A DNA stretch of 64,000 bases, taken from assembly GCA_905178155.1 (NCBI GenBank), contig CAJINV010000017.1, positions 1,403,290-1,467,289 of the forward strand, given 5' to 3'. Made by a program: the position numbers and the translations under genes. Every line of letters starts with the position of its first letter. Positions within the stretch are counted from its first letter, which is position 1. The notes beneath the pieces are model-generated. The model worked only from the letters and a program-made list of their open reading frames with translations, had not been told where the DNA came from and ran no database searches. Positions 1-11,300 of this stretch are shown here, one piece after another. The stretch is from Amoebophrya sp. A120 (lineage: Eukaryota; Protista; Dinoflagellata).

Positions 1-38
1 TGGATTTTCTGCTGGCCAGGAGCGCGTCGCAGCGTGAG

Positions 39-3000
39 ATGGTGGTCGGGGATGAGTTCTTTGATCTGGGAGGTGTTTTCAACAGTGCGAAAAGAGGCAG
101 GGTGAATGTTGAAAGCCCGCCCATGGTCTTCACTCCCGGAGGTGGAAGGTCACACGGAATACGCAACAAGGACAATGTAATGAGTTACTTCCGACCGGCC
201 GCGGCCCGTGGTCCAGACGGCACGCCCTCCTCCATCCTGGAGCGCAGCGAAAGTCGGTTGCGGTTGAATCCCGACCCGTTTTCCGCGATGGACGACGACG
301 ACGGAGATCTTTTTCGCAACAGCTCCATGAACTCCCTAACGCCCGGGGCCGTTCCGTTCGACTTTCGTCCAGGCGAGATGAACTCGCAGTCGCTGCCCCC
401 GGTAAACTTCAACTCCACACAGGCATCCGAAATTGACCTTGCTGAGGGTGGAGATGCTGCAGGCGCGTTTTCAATTCACGGGGAAGATCAGGGCTTTGCT
501 GCGGGTGTGCTGGCGGGCGGAGGCGACTTTTGCGACGACTTTGAAGCTGGTGCCGGGGGAAATGTTGACGAAGACCGCCTCAGCACCGGTAGAAGTAGCT
601 TCGGGTTGAAATTCAACTTCAAGGATCCGGCAGCAGGAAGCGGAAGTCGAAGTGCGCACGGGCAGCAGCGGCCGCCTCAAAACGATGGTCGACAACAGAA
701 CCAACTGGACCCCCGCAGGATTTCCCGGCCCTCACCAAATGCAAACGAGCAGCTACTTCCAGATAGCATGCAAAGACGGCGGGACTTGTTCCACACGGTG
801 AAGAAATTTGAAGCCAAGGACAACCTTTTCCCCAAAGCCTCGCCGGTTACCGGTTTCCCCAACAACCTGCAGGACGAAAGCGGTCTCGCGTCGGGGAAGC
901 TGCGAAACAAAGGCAGCACATCGATGGACCAGCAGCAAGTACAACCGGGAACAGGGAAGCACCGGACGAAGAAGCAGAAACGACAGCGGAAACTGGAACT
1001 GCAGCAGCAGCGCGCGTTGAAGAACAAAAGCGCGCTGGTGCTGTCCGACGCTCAGCTAGAAGCTTGGCAGACGGAGGAGAACCGGCGGAAGATCACCCAC
1101 ACGTTGGTAGTCCGCCCGGAGATGGAAACTTCGCTGCGGTTCGGGGGGCCTTCTATTAGCACAGCTGGTGGTCCATCAGGCGTTCTTTCCTCGTTGTACT
1201 CCGCAGCGCATCTTCCGGGGAGCAAAGTCCTCCCAACCTGCACCAGTTTGTTGAAAAACCGGCCGAACGCGCGCCAATACGAGAAGTTTCGGACACAAAA
1301 ACACTTGTACTATCTCGATCACCCAGACTTGTTCGTCTCCGCCGAGCAGTTGCAGGACGGAGAGGAGGAATTGAAACACACTTTCGCACGCTGGTACACG
1401 GGCTTCCAGCAGGGAAAACCGCCCCTCGTTGGGAACAAGAATACGAAATCCATGCTCGATCTGGATCAGTTAGGATTGGTGTGGAACAAAGCGGCAGGGG
1501 TTGACGTGGCGAGACTGCAATTGTTGAAGCAGGGTGAAGGGGGTGTTGGTGGGCGTGAGTTTGTTAACCAAGGAGATGACAAGTGGGGTCGAAGCAGTTT
1601 TGGGGACAGAAACAGCGACTTCATCATTGACGACCACAATAACGATTACGACGCTCCTGGTAGTGCAGGAGCTCGCGCGCGATCAGTACAGAATCAAGAC
1701 ACGAACAGGAGCTTGGTTTCGCCCTCCTGTGTAGTTGACCAAGGCGGATTTGATATGACCGTACACGATGATGAAAAGCGGTCCCATTCTCCCCCGAAAA
1801 AGCGGATCTTTTCGGAGAAGTTGTTCGTGCCGAGCGAAATGGGCAGTCAGCCACCGGTGGTGGATGTCGAAATGAACAGTCAGCAACAAGTTCTTTCGGA
1901 TTTGCTGAAAAAAGGAAGGAACCACGATTTCGATTCCGAGCAAAATCGAGGTCGTCACCTTGCAAACGTGACGCCGGGCGCTGAACATCAGGAGGTTGTT
2001 CCTGGCGTAGGCGTTGATCAAGAGCGAAACAAAACCAGCAACAACGCCAGCCAACCCGACCGCATGCTGTTCAGCGCCAGAGCCTTCCGACCGGATGCTT
2101 TCGGTCATCAGTCCGGATTTCTGGACTCCCAGCGTGGCCTGTGTTCGCAACCCGACGCATCGTATTTCGTTTCGCAGCAAGACATGCCAGTGCAGCCCGA
2201 GTCTTCGCAGCACGGTATGATACTGGACGCACAGGCTCAGCGCGCTTTCCTCAACGAGGGAAATTTCTCCGGCAAAGACAGACCTCCACTTTCGCCGATT
2301 TTCTCCGACATAGGGTCTCGATCTGTAGTTGGCGGTGCAGCCGCTGGGGGTTCAGAGAGAAGTGGACGCAGCGGGTCTCCTGTGCGAGGGGACGAGGTTC
2401 TTCCCAGGAACCAGCAGAACAGTGCGCCGCTGTTCTCCTCCGCAGCTTTCGAACCTGGGAGCCTGGTTCCGAGCGCGGAGCCCGTGTCCGATAGGAAAGA
2501 AGTAGAAAGAGTTGCGGGAAACCAGGCTGTTGTTCACAACTACAGCAACAAGATGGAAGAAAGTCAAGACCTCCAACTCCACTTCGAGAACGAGCCAGGA
2601 GAACATGATAGAGGTGAATTGCGAGGTCGCAGTCCCTTGCGCAGGTCACAACCGTCCTCGTTGATACCACAGTATAATCAAGAGGCGCGTGCTGTCAGCA
2701 GCGGGGATGGTTGCTCACCGAAGGAAGGCGGCGGAAGAGGAGTGGTCCATCTAGTACTATCTGGCGATCGAAGACCAGACCAACTGATAGCTCCTGCCCA
2801 TCAGCAGCATGATCATGTTGAGCAGACGCGTCTATCGGCTGCCGGCGCTCGCGGGCCTCCACACCGACGCGGCAGCTTTGGCCAGGTAATCACCTCCGCG
2901 GCGCAGAATTTGATCCCGGGAACGGCTGCTCGAAGGAGATTCAACATCGCGGCGGACCATCAACCACGACGAGCAAGCCGAGATATGAGCAATGATGGAG

Positions 3001-4148
3001 CTGATTTTGAAGACCTGTCTCCGAACCAAATTGCGGACCAGCAGAACTTTTACATTCCCTCGCCCGGGTTTCTTTCCGCGGACAAATTGTCGCAGCGAGA
3101 CGATGAGGAGCAAGCGTCCTCCGGTCGTGGAGGGCCAGCACGGGAGCAGCAACAGGGTGGCACCAGGAGCCTCTTGAAAGGAAATGCACGACAAGGGGAA
3201 GTATCAGCAGCAAAGATGATAAGTCCGCAACAAGCACCTGGTGCTGCAGAAGCAAACGCGCAGCTGCGACAGCTTGACCATCGTGAAGAAGATGCTAATA
3301 TCGATTTGATTCGCGACAGAAGATCGTCGCAGTTTCAACGCAGAAGCTTCGCCCTGTGGCGGAATTCGCCTGCTGGGCGGGGTCTTCATGATTTTAACAT
3401 CAGCGGGCCGGAACTGGAGGAAGAGCAGCTTGTTGTCGACGCAGAAATCATGAACAACGTCGGTTCACGACAGGAGCAAGCTTCAGCTGCGTCAACATCA
3501 CAAATAAACATGCAGAGCAACCCCCGCAAAAGTAGAGCATCGGGAGGAGGAGCCGAAAGAACGCCGGGGGGCCGCTCCATTCATCTCCAGAAGAAAACGC
3601 GAGGGGGAGACGTCGAAAATGAAGCAGATGCTGGTGGTCATGATGCGCCTCCCTTTGATGTGCAGCACGAAGGTGCGCACGATGATGTCGTCCCTCAGGA
3701 GCATTTTTTGGATGAAGGCACAGCTTTCGACCACCAGGAAGGCGGCGGTGCCGACAACTACATCAGCCAGGTAGATTTTATGAATTATCCCACGCCCGGC
3801 GGTAACCACTCCCTTCCGTCCTCCTCACCGTCGCTAAAATTCAACTTTCTTCCCGGAAAACCCAAAAACCCAGTAATTCACCGACCCCAGCACGAAAACA
3901 AGCTGGCGAAATTTCTGGGCGAAAACCCGCCGCCGGTACTGCTGGAAAAGTTTTTGACCACGGATACGGAAGATGCCGATAATTGCGGACTTACCAGAAC
4001 TTGTGATGCGGAGTTCGCAGCGCTCGCGTTTTACGAGTTGCTCGAGCTGCGAACGGAGGGCAAGGTGGAAGTAGAACAAGAAGTCGCTTACTGCGATATT
4101 CAGATTTTACCATCACCACTCGGAAGTGCGGGCGGGTTTAATTTGTGA
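39..4148 (+). CDS. Rad21/Rec8-family kleisin-like protein, probably 5'-truncated by the window edge
   Basis: The C-terminus AALAFYELLELRTEGKVEVEQEVAYCDIQI matches the Rad21/Rec8 winged-helix motif (A..FY.LL.L.....i...Q...Y.DI.i). The rest is a long disordered linker. The frame is open from position 3, so the N-terminal kleisin domain probably lies upstream. Confidence 0.7.
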   Translation: MVVGDEFFDLGGVFNSAKRGRVNVESPPMVFTPGGGRSHGIRNKDNVMSYFRPAAARGPDGTPSSILERSESRLRLNPDPFSAMDDDDGDLFRNSSMNSLTPGAVPFDFRPGEMNSQSLPPVNFNSTQASEIDLAEGGDAAGAFSIHGEDQGFAAGVLAGGGDFCDDFEAGAGGNVDEDRLSTGRSSFGLKFNFKDPAAGSGSRSAHGQQRPPQNDGRQQNQLDPRRISRPSPNANEQLLPDSMQRRRDLFHTVKKFEAKDNLFPKASPVTGFPNNLQDESGLASGKLRNKGSTSMDQQQVQPGTGKHRTKKQKRQRKLELQQQRALKNKSALVLSDAQLEAWQTEENRRKITHTLVVRPEMETSLRFGGPSISTAGGPSGVLSSLYSAAHLPGSKVLPTCTSLLKNRPNARQYEKFRTQKHLYYLDHPDLFVSAEQLQDGEEELKHTFARWYTGFQQGKPPLVGNKNTKSMLDLDQLGLVWNKAAGVDVARLQLLKQGEGGVGGREFVNQGDDKWGRSSFGDRNSDFIIDDHNNDYDAPGSAGARARSVQNQDTNRSLVSPSCVVDQGGFDMTVHDDEKRSHSPPKKRIFSEKLFVPSEMGSQPPVVDVEMNSQQQVLSDLLKKGRNHDFDSEQNRGRHLANVTPGAEHQEVVPGVGVDQERNKTSNNASQPDRMLFSARAFRPDAFGHQSGFLDSQRGLCSQPDASYFVSQQDMPVQPESSQHGMILDAQAQRAFLNEGNFSGKDRPPLSPIFSDIGSRSVVGGAAAGGSERSGRSGSPVRGDEVLPRNQQNSAPLFSSAAFEPGSLVPSAEPVSDRKEVERVAGNQAVVHNYSNKMEESQDLQLHFENEPGEHDRGELRGRSPLRRSQPSSLIPQYNQEARAVSSGDGCSPKEGGGRGVVHLVLSGDRRPDQLIAPAHQQHDHVEQTRLSAAGARGPPHRRGSFGQVITSAAQNLIPGTAARRRFNIAADHQPRRASRDMSNDGADFEDLSPNQIADQQNFYIPSPGFLSADKLSQRDDEEQASSGRGGPAREQQQGGTRSLLKGNARQGEVSAAKMISPQQAPGAAEANAQLRQLDHREEDANIDLIRDRRSSQFQRRSFALWRNSPAGRGLHDFNISGPELEEEQLVVDAEIMNNVGSRQEQASAASTSQINMQSNPRKSRASGGGAERTPGGRSIHLQKKTRGGDVENEADAGGHDAPPFDVQHEGAHDDVVPQEHFLDEGTAFDHQEGGGADNYISQVDFMNYPTPGGNHSLPSSSPSLKFNFLPGKPKNPVIHRPQHENKLAKFLGENPPPVLLEKFLTTDTEDADNCGLTRTCDAEFAALAFYELLELRTEGKVEVEQEVAYCDIQILPSPLGSAGGFNL

Positions 4149-5315
4149 GAAGATACGGCCAGCACGGGCTTCGTTACCGTTGGCGTTGTAGTTATACACT
4201 CGGAAGTACTAGTAGGAGCTGGTTTGTCGTGCCGGTATTTGCTTGTGTCTGTGTTGAGCACACCGAAGCTATATCAAAAAAATTGATGATAATTTTAACT
4301 AAAAAAAACTTTCTGGACATGGTTGAGCTGAAATTTGACGTATTTTGTCCTGAGAAAAATTCAACATCACGTAGACAGCAATAGATAGACGTAGACAGCA
4401 ATTTGAGATTTTTCAGTTCTTGAGTTTGTTACTTAGCCGAAGATCAATTATACGCAGAACAATGGGTAGGTCCCTGCACCTACTGCTAGAGCCGCCTCGG
4501 CCTCGAAACTGCTAAATATAATGAAACTAGTTACACCAGACAGAGTATCCGTGTACAACTCTTCCGTCCCTATTCATCACCACCCAGAATGAAATTGTAT
4601 GGACACTGAAGAAAACCTGTCAGGTTTTCTGAAGTTGAAATTGTATTCACCATGTATCGATTGTGCTCTAACGCCTGACAACCTCAAGCAATTGATTTGC
4701 GGAGTTTGTTTTATTATCCCGATGCCGCCTCTCTCCTTAACTCGTGCGTGTTGGCATTGTTTACACTTTCGCGGCGACTACAGGTGAAGGTGGTCGCAAA
4801 CAGTAAAAAACACAGCTTTTCGTGCTTGGTCCGGTCGTGTCGTTACGTGTCGTTCTTTCGTCAGCGATGTCGTCCATTGAAAGTTTTGGTCGTTCAGACC
4901 GTTCATCGTCGTTCATGTGCTCATCGTCTACTCCTTACAAAAGATAGCATTTTAGAGTCAGGATCATGTCCCTCAATGATTGTTCGACGACGTTGCAGTG
5001 TCATTACATACAGATGATACAGTTCGTGCAAAAATTTATGAGAGCAAGAACTCCACACGGCACTTCTGCACATCGGTCGCTAGTACGTACTTCATCGTGG
5101 TGCTGTGTGTTCTACGCAGCTGTCGTGGTTGATGTCGCTTTGTTCACTAACCAACTACTACTCAGGACCCCAATCAAAAATGTATTTATCTATCACTGTA
5201 GTGCATTTCACTTTACTATGACCATGACCTTGCCTTCAGCTCCTTTTCGAGAAAAGCGCGCGATTTAGGGAACTAATTTGAGTAGCTCACCCCCGCAACA
5301 TTACAAACCGGAGCC

Positions 5316-8300
5316 ATGGCGTCCGATCTGCTCAATTTCGACGTGGAGATGGATGCCCTCTTCGAAGAGGAGCAATTCGAACGCAAGGGGGATTTCTGCT
5401 TACGGATTTACGCTTTATCCGAATTGACCAGTCTGGACACGCTCGCAAGGCTACGGACCTGCGTAAAGACCCTCGACGAGAAAGACATGCCCGACAAAAC
5501 CATGGTCACGCTGAGCGGCGTTTCGGGTGGCGCGTTGCAGTTTCTGCTCGATAAGGGAACCAGTTGGGTGGACATTGTTTCGCGGGAAGTGAAGGACAAG
5601 GGGAACAAGAAGAAAGACCAAGCTGCCGTCGAAGACGATAAGGATACTAAAGCAGGCTCATCTACTTCCTTAGTTCCGGGGGGCGATGAAAGTGAAAACA
5701 AGGACAAACCACCGAAGACTATTCGTGAGGAATACGACCCGACCGAGGGAGAAGCAGGCCTCCTGAACGACACGACAAGGGGGCTACTTCGGAGTAAGAA
5801 ACCACGGAAGTCGAAGTCCGCTTCCCCGGACATCGGCGACAAACACAACCGCGAGAAAAGGAAAAAAGACAAAAAAGAGAAACAAATCAAGCCGGAGTAC
5901 AGCGAGAATTTGTTCATCAACGAATCATTGTCCCCGCGCGCCAGGAAAAGAGATAAAATACTGTACGGAAAGGACGAGCTGGATTATGTGAAACCGGGCG
6001 TGTGTTTTGGCATCGTGAAGAAGGAAAAGAAAAGCATTCTGAAGCAGCCGCTGTCGACTACTAGTACTAGAGAAGATGCGAGCGGTCAAGGAGGAGGTCT
6101 TGAAGGGTTAAAAGAAGGCTTTGTAGAAGGCCAAGAGCAGCAGGATGATATAACACAGACAGGCACGACAACTTCAACTACCGGAGATCAACATCAGCAG
6201 GGAAACCAGCCCCGCACGCCACCGCCCCAAGTTCGACAACTCCCGCTTTCGCCAACTGGAGCTACTAGTGCAACTGCGACTTCTGCCCCCCAGCAACCAG
6301 GTCAACATCTTCAAGAGCAGCAATCAGCTGAGGGGGTAACACTCCCCCCAATCAAGCAAGAGAAACCCCAGACACAGGAACAGATCGAGAAAACCATGCA
6401 GAAGGAGCTCGCAAAGGAAATGGCGAAGAAGCAACTTCTTAGCAGCAAATCCATCGTAGTGAAAGACACGAGTGAAAAGGCAATGCCGAAAGCCCCGACC
6501 TTCGGCGCTCGCGACAAGGCCGCGGCGATGGGACGCCCGATCACGCCGATCGGCGGAAATAGTACTAAAGACCAAAAAAGCGTCGAGTTTAAGGATTTAG
6601 ACGAGGAGGGGAGGCCAATTTCCGCCGGAAATTTCACCGGACAAGAACAAGCAGATAGCAAACCGAAGTACGACACAGAGACGCTGACCGACGTAGACAC
6701 GAGCTACTTGCACAAGGACTGGAACATGCAAGAAGCGGAGAAGGAGACGAAGAAGTTGGATAAGTTGAAACCGCAGCCGAAATTCGGGTACACGCACTTG
6801 ATGTGCATGGGCGTCCACGAATTTCACCACGGGTTGCGGAATTTGGAAACGTGCATCGAGAGCTACTTGCGGAACACCACCCACAACGCAAACGCCGTTA
6901 TGTTGAACAGCAATTTGCGGTGCAGGGAGGGAGGCGTGTTTGATTCGCCCGTGAACATTCTGCCGAAATACCACGTGGAAACCGTCGGCCCCGCGGGTTT
7001 CCGGATTGGGTTTCTAGGATTGGTCACCCCGGATACGAGGTTTTGTGCGTTGTCCACCGAGGTGAGCAAAAGGTCCGCAGTGACCATGACGGCGACCAGC
7101 ACTAGTCCGGCGGTGCGGCTACTGACAAGTGGGAGAGGGAGTTTTCTGAACAGCAGGGGTGCTGATGGAGATCAAACGGAGGACGAATCGAAGGCGACCA
7201 ACGAACTACTTTCCAGCACGGTGCTCGACCAATCGCCGGAAGAGGTGACCACGTCGCACGGCGGGAGTCTGTACCAGAAAAGACGAGGTGGGATGATGTT
7301 ACAACGCAGCAGCAGCACGTTATTGCAAGATATCGGCGAGGTGGGGAGTGTTGAGAACAACCCAAATTTGCGGTTGCAGCAGCCAGAAACCGGGGATCTG
7401 GCGGATATTGGCCGTGGTCCACCTAGTACAAGCGGAAAGCAAATCACGTTTTCCCCGAATTCGCCGAAGAGCCGGCGGATGATGTCACAAGACCAACGCC
7501 AGGGCTCGCTTGGGTTGGAAGAGGAGGACGGCGTGTTTTGGCTGCCCAACGACAAGAACCGGGGTAGAGGACAGGCTCCTCCCGCCTCCATGTCTGCCTC
7601 TCCAGGAGCACAGCAAGAGACTACTTATTCCACTACGCAAAGTAGACCTTCCGCAGACGTCGATAAGGCAGTAGACCATGGAGGTTCCAGCGCGGATTCC
7701 TACGTGAACCCACAGGAAGCGCCAACAGGCGGTAATAGGCCGATGACGCCGGACGACAACGCTTCGTCCTCCTCTCGGGGCAGAGACATCGCGGTGAGAA
7801 GGGGAGCTGCAGGTTTGGCGCCCAGCGTCAGTAGTGACCACAATTCCGCGGAGGGAAGCCAGGAACTGCAGCTGTCTGGCAGCGGACAGCAGCAGCTCAA
7901 CAGCGGACATCAAGGAGCTCCTGCTCGTGCGACAGAAGGGCAACATCAACCTTCTGCTGCAGCCGCAAAGACATCAAAGCGTGGCGCGTTCATGTCCTCC
8001 ATGCGGTCGGGGAGCTCCTTGAGCTTGGACGAGCCCCTGGATTTACCGGTGGACGCCGGCTCCGCCGACGGTGCGGACCGGATCAGCCAGGATATCGACG
8101 ACGGAGGGTTGGTGGAAAAACCCGCCGATGTTGTTCCGGCACAGGTTGGGGCGAAGCAGAAACGCTTACAGATGCGAGCGAGGAGTGGTAGCAGCATTCT
8201 AGATGAGCCGTTTGACCAAGAGATCGGAGGTGCGGTCCAAGAATCGCACGAGCAAGACAAAAAGCCAACCGGTGCCTCGTCAAAACGCCTACAGATGCGG

Positions 8301-11300
8301 GCAAGAAGTGGTAGCAGCATTCTAGATGAACCGTTCGATCAGGAGATCGGAGCGGGTGGCCCGGTTGAGCTGCAGCAGGAGCAAAGCAAAAAGCCAACCG
8401 GTGCAGCTTCGAAGCGTCTGCAGATGCGGGCGAGGAGTGGTAGTAGTATACTCGACGACCCGTTCGACCAAGAGATTGGTGCACAACAGGACCACCAGGA
8501 CATTGCAACTGCTGAGCCTAGTGCTCCTTCTGGCAATAAGACATTAAAACCCGCTCTTTCGGGTCAATCAAAACGATTGCAGATGCGTGCGCGGTCGGGG
8601 AGCAGTATTCTTGACGAGCCTTTCGACCAGGAAGTCGGAGCTGCGAAAGGGGACCAAGAAGAGCAGCTTTTCCCCGCGCGGCCAAGGATCTTCAAATCGA
8701 TCGAAGAAGCCTCCGACGAGGCGGACCAGGACTCGCGGTCCGCCGTGGATTCCGGGTCCGCAGCGCGGAGCGGCAAGCTGAAGCAGATCGAGTGGGCCAG
8801 TGACGTGCGCTTCGGCTCGGACGATGAGGACGCAAGAATGCAGCAGAAAGCTGGAACCGCAATTATCGGTACTAGTGCTGCTTCGAGGGGGCAGGGAAAC
8901 AAGCGGAAAATCTTCACGGCCGCGCGGTCCGGAAGCAGTTTGCTCGACGTACCATACGACTTAGAGATCGGCGTGGCGCCGGAGTTTATTCTGATGCAAC
9001 AGCAAGACACGGGTGCTGCTGGTTCAGGTTCTGCCACTGTTCCCTCTACACAGCAAAACGCGAAGCGGAGAATGTTTGGCACGGGGGCGACGCGGAGTGG
9101 CAGCAGTCTCGCGCTAGACGAACCCTACGACGTAGAGATCGGTGGTCCGGTACTGGGACCGCCAAATCAACCGCAGCAAGCCGCCGCTAAGCGCCGAGCG
9201 ATGATGCGGGCGCGCAGTGGCAGCAGTGTCTTGGACGAGCCGTATGATGTTGAAATAGGTGCGGCTGGTGTCGGTGCTGCAGCAGCTTTAACCAAGGCTG
9301 CTCTGGCCAAGAAGGCCACTTTCGACAGCATCCAAGAAGAGGACCAGGAGGACCGTCCGGGGAGCGCCCCCGGCGCAGCAGGAGGAGGAATGGTCTCATC
9401 TGGCCAACAGGCTACAACAGGAGCAGGAGCTCCTGGTGGAACGAAAAGCCGGCGCAGCGCATTTTTGACGAACAAGGCAACGCGGTCGGGGAGCAGTTTG
9501 CAGCTCGACGAACCATTCGACGTGGAAATCGACGAGGGACAGCCTGCTCTTGACAAAGACGCCGACGCCGGTGAACAGCCGACCCTTGGCGGAGGTGCAA
9601 GAAGGCGCGCGCTGTTCGACAAGCGCCGGTCCGGCTCCAGTGTGCTCGACGAACCCTATGACGAGGAGGTCGCGGCAGAACTACAAACGGGAGCAGACCA
9701 GCAAAAACCCTCCTCCTTTGCGAAGCGCGGGCGGATGTTGTCGGGTGGGCGCAGTGGGACTTTGTCGAATCTAGCAGAGATCGATGAGGGGGACGAGGAG
9801 CAGAGATCCACGGAAAGCAGTGGCCAGCAATCCGGGAAAAAACGGTTCGGACCCTCCAGGAGCATCGAGTGGGCCCCGGACGTGGTGTTTGATAAAGATA
9901 ACGCCGATGAACAAAACGGCGACAATACAGAACCAGGAGAACAGCAGCAGCTCTCTGGCCCGCCGGGAGGGAAGCGAAGGTCCTTCGCGGGCGCCACGAG
10001 AAGTAGCAGCAGTTTGATGTTGGACGACCCGTACGACGTTGAGATAGACCAAGGACAACTAGATGCAGCTGATGAGCTCACAACAACTACCGCGCCAAGG
10101 CAAGCCAGACCGAAGCAGGGGATGAAGTCCTTGCGCACGAGATCCGGCAGCAGTTTGATGCTCGATGAGCCGTATGATATCGAGGTTCTGGGCGGCGATC
10201 AGCCGCACAGCACCTCCAAACCATCCGTTGGCGAGACGAAGCGCTCGTCCTTTGGTCGACGCGCACAAACCGGTTCTTCCACCGCTTTGCAAAAAATCGA
10301 GGAGGGCAAAGACGAGGACCAAGAGTTCCTAGACGCTTTCGCCGACGAAACGGAAGAAGTTATCGGAGCTGCTGGCGTGTCGGGAACAAAACGAGGTGCG
10401 TTTCGTGTTTCCAAATCGATCGAATGGGCCGCAGATGTGCAGTTCGGGCAGCAGGAGGAGGACCGCGCTGGACAAGAAGAACTAGATGGCACGACAGTAT
10501 TAAACCCCGCTGCCGCCCGTAAACGGCGGTTCATGGCCGCGCGGTCTGGTAGCAGTCTTCTGGATGAGCCGTTCGATGTGGAAGTTCTGGAACATCAAGG
10601 GCCTTTGTCTGCTGCAGCGGCGGGGGGAATGAAGCAAGAGCAGCAAATGAAGCGAAAGAAGTTCATGTCAGCCAGGTCGGGCTCCTCTTTACTCGACCCG
10701 GCGTTCGATGAGGAGGTCCCTCTCGAGATCGGGGAGCTAGACACGCTTGCACCAGTCATGGATCCGAAAAAAGCTTCTGGTACTCAACAGCAGCAAATGC
10801 GCTCCAAAGCCTTCCGACAGGGAAGGTCCGGGAGCAGCTTGGCACTCGACGAGCCGTTCGAAGTCCTCGACGAGACGAAGGAGTTACAGGGTGTGGATTT
10901 CTTCCCGCTGTACCCAGTGAGAGAGGATACAGCGGAACAACAAACCACTCCCGGTCAACATCAGGATCGCAGACTCGCACCTATTCTGAAGAAAAAGCAG
11001 TCTGGGTCGACGCAGGACCAAGAATCCGCGAGTGACAGCATGTCGCAATCCAGTAAAATCCAGGGTGGTACGACCTCCGCCGAACAACAGAGCAAGTTGT
11101 TTGGTGCGCAGAACAACAAATCCTCTTCCTCCACCACCGGGGGCGGTCCACACGCGAAGATCTCCGCGGACCAGATTGGAACTGCCGATGATCAGGACCA
11201 GCCCTTGCTGGAATTCCAGGAAACCCGTTGCGCGGCCAATGAAGTCGTCGGGCAGGCGCTGAAACGGACCTCCGCCGTTGATGCGGTTATCGCGTTGACA

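Noticed and set aside
4830-4995. TCGTCGTT/CGTTCAT-rich patch
   Set aside because: No defined period or structure; treated as low-complexity intergenic sequence.
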